A stretch of DNA of 64,000 nucleotides from an uncultured Mollicutes bacterium (lineage in GTDB: Bacteria; Bacillota_I; Bacilli_A; RF39; UBA660). The notes below the pieces were generated by a model. The model saw only the letters and a program-made list of their open reading frames with translations. It did not search any database and was not told the origin of the DNA. The stretch spans positions 824 to 64,823 of the forward strand of contig CANTCS010000001.1 in assembly GCA_947652375.1 (NCBI GenBank), in the 5' to 3' direction. Made by a program: the position numbers and the translations under genes. Positions 1 to 8,707 of this stretch are shown here, one piece after another. Each line of letters starts with the position of its first letter. Position 1 is the first letter of the stretch.

Positions 1-1136
1 TAAAGAATAAAAAAGAGCAAGGAAAGTTTATTGGAAGTAAGCCTAGTTATGGATACATGAGAGACCCTCTTGATAAGGGACATTTGATACCTGATTCTGT
101 TGTTGCGCCTAATGTAAAAAAAATATTTGAAATGGCTTATGAGGGAATTGGAATTAGTGATATTGTAAGTTATTTAAATGATAATAATATACTAAGTCCT
201 AGTATGTATAAGAATACCAAGTCATCATCAAAACAAAAGACTAATATATGGACAGCATCGTCTGTTAATAAAATATTGAAAAATAGAATGTATACAGGAG
301 ATATGGTACAAAATGTTCAAACTAAGTTATCTTATAAATCGCAAAAGAAAGTTTCTTTGGAAAAGAGTTTTTGGATAATAGTCGAGAATACTCATGAACC
401 TTTAGTTAATAAAGAAATTTTTGAAAATATTCAAAATTCTCCTGCTAGGACTAGAGTAACTTTTAGAAATCGTGAGAAGAGACTATTTGAAAATTTGCTT
501 ATTTGCAAAGAATGTGGAAATGCTTTATCTTTAACTTATCGAAAGAATCATAAATATTGGACTATTAATTGCAATAAATATTCGAGAGATCCAAGAAGAG
601 GATTATGTACTCCACATTTCTTTCCATATGATAAGTTAGAAAAAGAATTATTAGAAATCGTAAGAAATACTTGCAGTAAATATTTGGAAGAAATAAATGT
701 AAACGAATTATCAAAAAAGATTAATAATCAAGAAATAAAAGATAATAAAGCTTTGGAAGAAGAAAATAATTTAGTATCACAGATTATTGAGTTAAAGAGA
801 AAACTAGATATGTTATATGAAGATAGATATAATGAAGTTATTACTGTTGATACTTATATGAGAATTGCAAAATCGACTGAAAATAATATTGCTTCTTTAG
901 AGAAACAATTATTGGAAATACAAAATAAAGATAAAAATCAAAAAAGCAACAAGAAAAAATTTCTTGATTATGAAAGTGAGATTAAAGAACTATTAAATTT
1001 GGATAATCCTAATAGAGAGTTGATTAAAACTTTAGTTGATAAGATTATAATTGATCAAGATAAAAATGTAGAGATTATTTATAAGTTTAAAGTTTTAGAC
1101 AATATAAAAACTAATTTGGGTAAGGAAAAAGATTAA
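1..1136 (+). CDS. Large serine recombinase (recombinase + Zn-ribbon + coiled-coil domains), 5'-truncated by window edge
   Basis: Frame is open from nt 3 (KNKKEQGKFIGSKPSYGY, typical LSR PYGY motif). WTASSVNKILKNRMYTG and ENTHEPLV recombinase motifs; CKECG...C...C Zn ribbon; C-terminal LVDKIII..VEIIYKF. Confidence 0.93.
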   Translation, partial: KNKKEQGKFIGSKPSYGYMRDPLDKGHLIPDSVVAPNVKKIFEMAYEGIGISDIVSYLNDNNILSPSMYKNTKSSSKQKTNIWTASSVNKILKNRMYTGDMVQNVQTKLSYKSQKKVSLEKSFWIIVENTHEPLVNKEIFENIQNSPARTRVTFRNREKRLFENLLICKECGNALSLTYRKNHKYWTINCNKYSRDPRRGLCTPHFFPYDKLEKELLEIVRNTCSKYLEEINVNELSKKINNQEIKDNKALEEENNLVSQIIELKRKLDMLYEDRYNEVITVDTYMRIAKSTENNIASLEKQLLEIQNKDKNQKSNKKKFLDYESEIKELLNLDNPNRELIKTLVDKIIIDQDKNVEIIYKFKVLDNIKTNLGKEKD

Positions 1137-1179
1137 TCACAACTTTTCCTTCACCTAAAACTTTAAAATGTGTGATTAA
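1119..1179. repeat. Two interleaved inverted repeats spanning the recombinase stop codon
   Basis: GGTAAGGAAAAAG (1119-1131) pairs with CTTTTCCTTCACC (1143-1155). TTAATCACA (1133-1141, in the loop) pairs with TGTGATTAA (1171-1179). Confidence 0.6.
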
Positions 1180-1232
1180 ATAAAATGCCATAATTTCAAG
1201 GAAAAATAACCAAAACCATCTCAAGTATTCCT

Positions 1233-2201
1233 TCCGGAGGTGGCGAAGGTGCTGAAATAGTATATTCTTTAAAAAATGATTCTACTTTGGCAGAGATGGC
1301 TCTTAATAATATAGGTGATGCTGGACAAATAAAACGTAAAGTTTACCAAAGAAGATTACCAGAAAATCCTAGTAAAGATTATTATTATATTTTAAGAGAG
1401 ACTGGAAATACTGAACCAATATTAGTAGAATATGGATTTATAGACTCTCCTAGAGATGCTCAAAAACTTAAAACAAATTTAAATAATTATGTAGAAGGTG
1501 TTGTTAAAGCAATTGCTGAATACACTGGTTATAAATATTATCCTCCTGGTACTTCTGGTGGAACTGGTTCTATTCCCAATTCTTATACTGTAAAAAAAGG
1601 AGATACTTTATATAAAATTGCTAATCAATTTGGAATTACTGTTGCAGAATTAAAAAGACTTAATAATTTAGCTACTGATACTTTACAAATAGGACAAATA
1701 TTAATTTTATCTGAAAATAATTCAGGTCCTAGCAATGGAACAACTACTTATGTTGTTGAAAAAAATGATACTTTGTATAGTATAGCAAATAAATTTGGAA
1801 CTACGGTTGATGAAATAAAAAGACTTAACAATTTAACAGGTAATACTTTATATATAGGTCAAGAATTAACTATACCTAAGGGAAATAATGATACAGAATA
1901 TGATATATATGTTGTAAAAAAAGGAGATAGCTTATGGCTAATCGCTAATAATTATGGTGTAAGTGTAGACGAGCTAGTTAAAATTAATAATTTAAGTAAT
2001 TTAACCTTACAAATAGGAGATAAATTAAAAGTGCCTATGGTAGGAAGTAATAACAATAATAAAACATACATAGTAAAAAGTGGGGATACTTTATGGTCTA
2101 TAGCAAGAGAAAATGGTTTAACTGTAAATGAACTTAAAGAATTAAATAATTTAAATAGTAATTTATTAACTTTAGGTCAAGAATTAATAATAAAAAAATA
2201 G
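1233..2201 (+). CDS. 3' part of a split N-acetylmuramoyl-L-alanine amidase (Amidase_3) with four LysM domains
   Basis: In-frame upstream of the called TTG (1287): SGGGEGAEIVYSLKNDSTLAEMAL. DYYYILRET..ILVEYGFID carries the catalytic Glu. Four LysM repeats (Y.VKKGD.L..IA....V.EL..LNNL....L.IGQ.L). N-terminal GHGG/E/SxHxN Zn ligands are absent, and there is no in-frame start with an SD. Confidence 0.85.
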   Translation, partial: SGGGEGAEIVYSLKNDSTLAEMALNNIGDAGQIKRKVYQRRLPENPSKDYYYILRETGNTEPILVEYGFIDSPRDAQKLKTNLNNYVEGVVKAIAEYTGYKYYPPGTSGGTGSIPNSYTVKKGDTLYKIANQFGITVAELKRLNNLATDTLQIGQILILSENNSGPSNGTTTYVVEKNDTLYSIANKFGTTVDEIKRLNNLTGNTLYIGQELTIPKGNNDTEYDIYVVKKGDSLWLIANNYGVSVDELVKINNLSNLTLQIGDKLKVPMVGSNNNNKTYIVKSGDTLWSIARENGLTVNELKELNNLNSNLLTLGQELIIKK

Positions 2202-2224
2202 ATTCAACTTTGGAATCTTTTTTT
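2195..2224. terminator. Bidirectional terminator between amidase and corA
   Basis: A-run, GATTC-aactttg-GAATC, T-run between convergent genes. Confidence 0.5.
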
Positions 2225-3167
2225 ATAGCATATTTTTCTTTTTTAAAATTAAAGCAATTATTATTGATAAAATAAAAGAAATTCCTATAATTAAGATAAA
2301 AGCTTGAGGATATTTTGATATATCACCTAGAGGAATATTCATTCCTAAAAATGAAGAAATCATTGTAGGTATTGATAATACAATTGTTGCTCCTGCTAAA
2401 AATTTCATAACAATATTTAAATTATTAGAAACGATAGTAGCATAAGTATCTGTGATTGATGAAAGAATGTCTTTATAAATACTACTCATTTCAATAGCTT
2501 GTTTATTTTCTATTATAGCATCTTCTATTAGGTCTTTATCTCCTTCATATAAAGGGAAAATTGTTCCTTTAGAAAGCTTTTCTAAAACTAAATCATTAGC
2601 TTTAAGAGATGTTATAAAATAAACTAATGTTTTTTCTATTTCTAATAAATCAATTAAATCTTTGTTTTCTGTTGACTTTTTTAGAACTTTTTCTTTTTTT
2701 TCAATATCTTTATTAACTTGTTTTAATGCTCTTAAATAATAATTAGAAGTTCTTAATAAAATTTGAATTAGAAATCTAACTTTTTTTGCAGTTCGAAATT
2801 CTTTTACTTTATTTTGTTTAAACTCATTTAAAATACTAACTTTTTTTGGAGAAACTGTTATTACATAATTATTATCAGTAATAATTATTCCTAGTGGATA
2901 GGTTTTATATATATGAGAATCTTCTTTTTGTTCTAAGTATGGAGTATCTATAACTACTAAAGTAGCATTACCACTTTGCTCTACACGAGGTAATTCTTCG
3001 TCATCTAACATTTTTAAAATTAAATCTTTATCTACTTTTGTTTTTTCAACTACTTTATCTATTTCATCTGTTGTTGGAGATGATAATTCTATCCAAGAAT
3101 CGACTGTAATTTTTTTTATTTTTTTAGTTTTTTTCTCTACTGTGCTCGTTTTATATATTTTTAACAT
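2223..3167 (-). CDS. corA: CorA family Mg2+/Co2+ transporter
   Basis: C-terminal PT.ISSFLGMN motif and two TM helices; SD GGGAGG. Confidence 0.9.
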   Translation of the reverse strand: MLKIYKTSTVEKKTKKIKKITVDSWIELSSPTTDEIDKVVEKTKVDKDLILKMLDDEELPRVEQSGNATLVVIDTPYLEQKEDSHIYKTYPLGIIITDNNYVITVSPKKVSILNEFKQNKVKEFRTAKKVRFLIQILLRTSNYYLRALKQVNKDIEKKEKVLKKSTENKDLIDLLEIEKTLVYFITSLKANDLVLEKLSKGTIFPLYEGDKDLIEDAIIENKQAIEMSSIYKDILSSITDTYATIVSNNLNIVMKFLAGATIVLSIPTMISSFLGMNIPLGDISKYPQAFILIIGISFILSIIIALILKKKNML

Positions 3168-3584
3168 AATACGCCTCCCCTTTTTTATAATTTTGTTTAT
3201 TATATCACTTTTAAAAATAAAATAAAATACTAATTTTTTTTGGAATGTTCAATTTATTTAAACTTAACATAAATCTTTTCAAATTATGAATTTTCTATTA
3301 AAATAAATTTAATTAATTTTTTAGATAAAAACTAAATTATTTAAAAACTTTCTTTGTTGTATCGAGAAAAAATAATTTTAAAAAAATTATCTCTTTATTA
3401 ACAATTTGTCAAAACTATTTATTTTAATGAATTTTATTAAAGATTTACTAAATTATAGAAGTTTTTTAATTTAAAACTTTAGTAAAGACTGTAATAAATA
3501 TGTTATAAAGATAAAAAAGAAACAATATATCTTATCTTGCTTCTCTTGGAAAAGTTATTATTAACACAGAATTTTTTACACTTT

Positions 3585-4685
3585 CTAACTTAATAAAACC
3601 TTTGTCTTTTTTTCTTTGCCATTTCTTTTAAAAGTAATTTCTATTTTATCATTTGTTTTATATTTATATAATTCATATTTTAAAGTTGCAATATCTTTAA
3701 CGACTATATTGTTTATTTTTAAAATAACATCACCTTTCTTCAACGATGATTTAGCTGCTCCTGTTCCCTCTTTTATATTATAAATAACAATTCCTTCTGT
3801 AATTTCTTTAGGTACTGTTAAATTATAACGAGCCAATTTAGCCGAATCATCAACATTTATCATTTCAATTCCTAAAACTGGCCAATTTACTTTTTTACCT
3901 TGTTCTAATAAGTCAACATGACTCATAGCATATTCTATTGGAATAGCAAATCCCATTCCTTCAATATTATCATCTACTAATTTTAAAGAGCAGATCCCAA
4001 TTACTTCACCGTTAACATTTAGTAGTGGTCCTCCACTATTTCCAGGATTAATTGATGCATCTATTTGTAAAACTTTCATAATCCAATCGAGATCGTTGGA
4101 GTTGCCAACGGAAATAGAAACCAGTCTATCTTTGCCTGAGAGTACACCTGATGTTACACTACCTCGATAATTATAGCCAATTGGTGAACCTACTGTGAAT
4201 ACAGTATCTCCGATATTAGATTTTTCACTTGTTGATAAAGTAGCTACTTGTTTAACGTACTTTTTTTCAATTCTTAAAACTGCTAAATCTAAATATTCGT
4301 CTTTACCTAATATTTTAGCAACAATTTCTTTATCATTTGAAAGCACAACTTTGATTTCGTTAGAAGATGTTAGAACATGTTCATTTGTTAATATATATCC
4401 ATATTTTTCATCAGTTTTGTATATAAATCCAGTTCCTGAGTTCTCTATGGTTCCAGAATTATATTCTTGCACAACTACTACAGCATCATATATTTTTTCA
4501 ATTGAATTTTTTAAAGAACTTTTTTCGTATATTTGACTTTTATTTTTGATAATGCATTCATTACTTAAAAGAATATTTTTAAATGGTGGAAATATTAAAA
4601 GGAACAATATAAAAACACTCCCACATATAAACGAAAAGAGAATTAAGAAAAATTCTTTCGTAATTCTTTTTTTATTATTCTTCAT
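3585..4685 (-). CDS. htrA: HtrA/DegP-family serine protease with N-terminal TM and PDZ
   Basis: Triad motifs TNEHV, DLAVL, INPGNSGGPL; C-terminal PDZ (LKKGDVILKIN). Confidence 0.92.
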   Translation of the reverse strand: MKNNKKRITKEFFLILFSFICGSVFILFLLIFPPFKNILLSNECIIKNKSQIYEKSSLKNSIEKIYDAVVVVQEYNSGTIENSGTGFIYKTDEKYGYILTNEHVLTSSNEIKVVLSNDKEIVAKILGKDEYLDLAVLRIEKKYVKQVATLSTSEKSNIGDTVFTVGSPIGYNYRGSVTSGVLSGKDRLVSISVGNSNDLDWIMKVLQIDASINPGNSGGPLLNVNGEVIGICSLKLVDDNIEGMGFAIPIEYAMSHVDLLEQGKKVNWPVLGIEMINVDDSAKLARYNLTVPKEITEGIVIYNIKEGTGAAKSSLKKGDVILKINNIVVKDIATLKYELYKYKTNDKIEITFKRNGKEKKTKVLLS

Positions 4686-5631
4686 CTAAGTCTTTACTCC
4701 TTTCCATTTTAGCAAGATCTTGCCAATTTATTGGAAAGCCCATTCTATGTAATACTTTATTAATTGAAATAGTATGCAGATTATAATTTAAAGTTTCAAT
4801 TACATTATCTAATTCGATAGTCATATTTTTAAAATCTTCAGATAAAAGCATTTGTTTCATAATTATAATTAGTGCAAATAAGTCATTTTTACCACAAATA
4901 TACTCATTATCTATTTTTTCTATTTTTAATAGTTGATGAAAAACGGTATCTTCAATTGCTTTTTGAGTCTTGTTTTCATATAAAATATCTTCATGCGCAC
5001 AAAGATTTCTATAATTTGCAAGAATTGGAAGATAGACAATAAATATTTCTGGTTCGATACCATATATTTCGGCTATATCTTTTTGATCTTCTGGTTTTAA
5101 AATTGAATACATTTCACTCACAATTCCAAATGATAATACTTTTACTAGTATCCATAGAGGGATATATCCATAATTAGAAACGTAATGCAGAGTAGCACTA
5201 TGTTGAGATCCATTTACTCTAATTTGACGTTTCATTTTCTTTAACAAGTCATTTAATTGTGCTTGTTTTTCAGGAGCTCGAGTAAAATTCTTATCTTTTA
5301 AATAATCTTTTTCACGATAGCCATATTTTTTAGAAAGTTGGTATGAAGTGATAGACTTTAAATTATTTTCTATAACTAATAAATATTTAAAGATAATATT
5401 TCTAAATGAGCGATCGAATAGAAAAAGACTATACATTTCTTCAAAAGTAGTACCCTCTTTAAATGAACGATCATCATGAGATTTTAAAAATAAATGTCTA
5501 TAACCATTAATGAAAAAATAATTTTCTCTTAATAAGACTCTTTTAGCATAATTCTCATCAGATATAATCATCCCTTTATGTTTAAATATCTCGATTTGTT
5601 CTTCTAAATTTTTAAAGTTTTTATCTATCAT
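4675..5631 (-). CDS. Abi family (AbiD/AbiF-like, Abi_2) HEPN protein
   Basis: N-terminal FKNLEEQIEIF..KGMII...A...L...NY; YLFDR.FR...IE; PLWILVKVLSFG; HEPN RxxxxH motif RNLCAH. Confidence 0.85.
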   Translation of the reverse strand: MIDKNFKNLEEQIEIFKHKGMIISDENYAKRVLLRENYFFINGYRHLFLKSHDDRSFKEGTTFEEMYSLFLFDRSFRNIIFKYLLVIENNLKSITSYQLSKKYGYREKDYLKDKNFTRAPEKQAQLNDLLKKMKRQIRVNGSQHSATLHYVSNYGYIPLWILVKVLSFGIVSEMYSILKPEDQKDIAEIYGIEPEIFIVYLPILANYRNLCAHEDILYENKTQKAIEDTVFHQLLKIEKIDNEYICGKNDLFALIIIMKQMLLSEDFKNMTIELDNVIETLNYNLHTISINKVLHRMGFPINWQDLAKMERSKDLDEE

Positions 5632-5743
5632 ATTTTCACCTATTATAAATTATATCATATTATTTAAAGAAAAGTATGAATTTTTATATAAATTAATGAT
5701 ATAATTATTTTAATGACAATATTATTTTGTTAGGGGGAATTTT

Positions 5744-6712
5744 ATGCCAGCAACAGTTACTCATGCATATTTTGCTAAAGATATTTTTGATATTTTACCA
5801 GAGGAAATTAAGAAAAATTTAAATTTAAGACGATGTAAAATGTTTGGACAAAGTACAGATAGTTTAATGTTTTATAATTTATTTTCAATTTTACCTGGAA
5901 ATTCTATTAGAAAATTTCAAAATTATTTTCATAGTAATCAATCACAAGAATTTTTTATAAATTTATTGAGATTTATAAAAGACAATAATATAAATGATAT
6001 CGATACCTATTCTTTCTTAGTAGGCTTTATATGTCATTATGCGCTTGATTCTACACTACATCCATTTATAATTTATAAGACAGGTTATTTTAATAAAAAA
6101 GATAAAACAACTTTTAAATATAATAATATTCATAGTTTTATGGAAACATTTTTAGATAACGATATGATTAAGAGAAGAGAAAAATGTAATCCTTATAAAT
6201 TTAATTATGGGAAATTTTGTTTTGATAATAGAATTTTTTCTAGTGATTTAAATAGAACAATTAACTATGCTTTTTATAATACATTTAAAATTAAGAATAT
6301 GAGTAATATTTATTATAAATCTCTTAAACAAATGAAAGTAGCCTTAATGTTATTTAGAAGAGATCCGTATGGAGTTAAAAAAAATATTTATAAATTAATT
6401 GATACTTTTACTACTAGTGGAACTTTTAGACTAGAAGCTGTAAGTTATTTTTATCCATTAAAAGATAAACACAATTTTCTAAATACTAATAAAAATCTTT
6501 GGAGAAACCCAACTACTTACGATATGACTAGTAATGAATCTTTTGTTGATTTATATATAAAGGCCATTAAGTTAGCTAAAGTGTTAGTATGTGCTAGTTT
6601 TGATTACTTAAACGATAAGAATATAGACTTAGAAAAAATATTTAGTAATAATAGTTATTTAACTGGATTAGATTGTAATTTAAAAAAAGAATTAAAATAT
6701 TTTGAGTTTTAA
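5744..6712 (+). CDS. Zinc-dependent phospholipase C family protein
   Basis: MP...THAYFA, GQSTD, GFICHYALDSTLHP, HSFMETFLD Zn-ligand pattern. Confidence 0.8.
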   Translation: MPATVTHAYFAKDIFDILPEEIKKNLNLRRCKMFGQSTDSLMFYNLFSILPGNSIRKFQNYFHSNQSQEFFINLLRFIKDNNINDIDTYSFLVGFICHYALDSTLHPFIIYKTGYFNKKDKTTFKYNNIHSFMETFLDNDMIKRREKCNPYKFNYGKFCFDNRIFSSDLNRTINYAFYNTFKIKNMSNIYYKSLKQMKVALMLFRRDPYGVKKNIYKLIDTFTTSGTFRLEAVSYFYPLKDKHNFLNTNKNLWRNPTTYDMTSNESFVDLYIKAIKLAKVLVCASFDYLNDKNIDLEKIFSNNSYLTGLDCNLKKELKYFEF

Positions 6713-6863
6713 TTCTTTTCTTTATTGTAATTTCAACTACATCATTTTTTCCATATTATAATGCTTTTTAATTTTAAGTTTTAATCCTTTTTTAAATCTC
6801 AACTGCACTATTTAGTTTATATTTATTTTCTTTATTATATGATTTTTTAATTTTCATTATTAT

Positions 6864-6893
6864 TGTATATTTTATTTTGATTATAACATACTA
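6864..6893 (+). promoter_or_regulatory. Sporulation-sigma (sigG/sigE-type) promoter candidate
   Basis: TGTATA-17 bp-CATACTA just before SD AGGTGA of the SpoIID-like gene. Confidence 0.5.
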
Positions 6894-6908
6894 ATTTTAG
6901 GTGATTAT

Positions 6909-7931
6909 ATGTTTTATAAATATGAAATTAAGAATAATGGTATAGAAGATATATTATATCTTCATATGTCTATGAAATATGACTTTTCTAATGAATTAAC
7001 TTTGGAAGATAATATTATTAATGCTAGTAGTCAAAAATTTATAAAAACAAATAATATTAAATTTAAAGGGAACAAAATTTGTATAGTAGTAGATGGTAAA
7101 ATCATTAAATGTATGTTTTTAAACAAAGAACAACCTAAAAGTAATAAATTACTTGTTGATAACTACATGGTTAATATCTATATTAATGATAAAGTTTTAT
7201 ATGAAATATCTTTAAGAGAATATTTAATTAGTGTTATGCTTGAAAAATTTATAGATAATATTCATGAAGAAACTTTAAAAGCAATTGTGGTACTTTATAA
7301 TAGTTTTGCTTTTAAAATGATGGATGATAATAATTGTATTTTGGGTAATAATAGATTTGTTAAATATAGAACTAATGAATATTATAAAGAAAATTTTAAA
7401 GATTTTGATAAATTATTAGATAAATTTAATAAAATAATTAATGAAGTTGATGGAGTTTATTTATCTTATAAAAATGATTACGTTTTGCCTTTTATTCATT
7501 ATTCTAATAACGGTAATACACATTCTAATAAAAATTATCCTTATTTATCTAGTGTTAGAAGTTTATGGGATTTAGCATCTCCACACTATATAGAAATAAA
7601 AGATTATACATATAATGATATAAATAAGATTTTTAATATCGATATTAATCACGATTGTGAATTTAAAGTAATTAATGATAATTATAAAAAAATTAAATTA
7701 GGTGATAATATTTTTTCTATTCAAGAGATAAAAAAAATGCTTAATTTAAAATCTTCTGATATTTATATTATTGTAAATAATAACTATTTAAGATTTATTA
7801 CTAAAGGATGGGGAGACGCATATGGTCTTAGTATTTTTGGAGCTAATGAGATAGCTAAAAATGATTGTAAATATCATAATATTCTTAAATATTATTTTCC
7901 AAAAACTACTTTACTAAAAAAAGAACTTTAA
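6909..7931 (+). CDS. SpoIID/LytB-domain protein, catalytically degenerate
   Basis: LREYL.SV....EETLKA, YPYLSSVRSLWD, LNLKSSD, TKGWG..YGLS..GANEIA, ILKYYFP match the SpoIID fold. Confidence 0.8.
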   Translation: MFYKYEIKNNGIEDILYLHMSMKYDFSNELTLEDNIINASSQKFIKTNNIKFKGNKICIVVDGKIIKCMFLNKEQPKSNKLLVDNYMVNIYINDKVLYEISLREYLISVMLEKFIDNIHEETLKAIVVLYNSFAFKMMDDNNCILGNNRFVKYRTNEYYKENFKDFDKLLDKFNKIINEVDGVYLSYKNDYVLPFIHYSNNGNTHSNKNYPYLSSVRSLWDLASPHYIEIKDYTYNDINKIFNIDINHDCEFKVINDNYKKIKLGDNIFSIQEIKKMLNLKSSDIYIIVNNNYLRFITKGWGDAYGLSIFGANEIAKNDCKYHNILKYYFPKTTLLKKEL

Positions 7932-7942
7932 TGAAAGTTCTT
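7921..7942. terminator. Bidirectional terminator
   Basis: AAGAACTTT-aatg-AAAGTTCTT between convergent genes. Confidence 0.65.
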
Positions 7943-8159
7943 ATTTTAGTTGGCTTTTTAATTCTTTTAAAGCATAATCAGCATCTTTATTTATTTTTAT
8001 AGTATTTTCTAAAAACTTAGAATATCCCTCTACTGTTGCAGAAAAGTCTTTTAACTCTTGAATATTTCTAGTACTCGCTAAAGTTTCAATAATCTTTGCT
8101 TGTTCTTTTAAGTCTTGCGAAATAGAAAGAACTTCTTCATATGTTACATTTTCAATCAT
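7941..8159 (-). CDS. Small helical protein, truncated WXG100-like T7SS substrate candidate
   Basis: 72 aa, starts VTYEEV...S..L like WXG100 N-termini; last gene of the essC operon; overlaps upstream gene by 8 nt. Confidence 0.5.
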   Translation of the reverse strand: MIENVTYEEVLSISQDLKEQAKIIETLASTRNIQELKDFSATVEGYSKFLENTIKINKDADYALKELKSQLK

Positions 8160-8349
8160 TTCCTAACTCCTCTATTTCTTCAACTTTTTTGGTTTTAAAT
8201 AGTTCACTGTTTTTAGAAATAATTTTTTTATATTCTTCAATACTTTCAATATAATTTAAATTATCAATATTTGGCCAACCTATTTTCATTTTTTCTAAAT
8301 TTTCAAAAATTTTATTTATAGTTTTAACATATAGATTATACTCTGACAT
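8152..8349 (-). CDS. WXG100-like small protein (frame extends to 8412)
   Basis: Helix-W-helix (KMKIGWPNIDNLNY) downstream of yukD/essC. Confidence 0.55.
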   Translation of the reverse strand: MSEYNLYVKTINKIFENLEKMKIGWPNIDNLNYIESIEEYKKIISKNSELFKTKKVEEIEELGND

Positions 8350-8438
8350 TTTATTCTTTATGATATTTTTTGTAGTAACAAGAGAGTGTTGTTTTAATAC
8401 TACTTTTAAATATCAATTCCTTTTTTTAGTTTCTCTCT

Positions 8439-8696
8439 TTATATTAAAAGAATTCTAGATCCATTCTTTAGATCTGTATCTCTTACTGTTTTATTTACAT
8501 CATATATTTCTCCTGAATCTTTACTATAAAAGTTAGATTCATTATTAGGAGAATAGGCACTATCTGTTAATTCTACTAATGCTTTATCGATTAATGATTT
8601 GATAGTTCCTATTTTTTTATTAATAGGGATAAATAAGTCATATTTTTTTTCAATAAGAGGGATTTCTAATTCAATTAATATTTTATTTCGATTCAT
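8439..8696 (-). CDS. yukD: EsaB/YukD ubiquitin-like T7SS protein
   Basis: YDLFIP..K.IGTI and C-terminal TVRDTDLKNGSRILLI; directly after essC. Confidence 0.8.
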   Translation of the reverse strand: MNRNKILIELEIPLIEKKYDLFIPINKKIGTIKSLIDKALVELTDSAYSPNNESNFYSKDSGEIYDVNKTVRDTDLKNGSRILLI

Positions 8697-8707
8697 AATA
8701 ATTTCTC

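Larger units (their letters stand above)
1..1238 (+). mobile_element. Right end of a serine-recombinase element inserted in an amidase gene; putative attR junction at about 1230-1240
   Basis: LSR gene abuts a truncated host gene. Amidase homology starts abruptly at GGA-GGT-GGC (1236), at the near-palindrome CCTTCCGGAGG (1230-1240). Left end is outside the window. Confidence 0.7.

Noticed and set aside
1236-1251. Perfect SD GGAGGT followed by GTG at 1249 as a start for the LysM gene
   Set aside because: The GTG is out of frame with the amidase/LysM ORF; the SD-like sequence is simply the Gly-Gly codons.
1575-2201. Repeated DNA segments in the LysM gene as a CRISPR-like or tandem array
   Set aside because: They are in-frame LysM domain repeats; there are no identical repeats with spacers.
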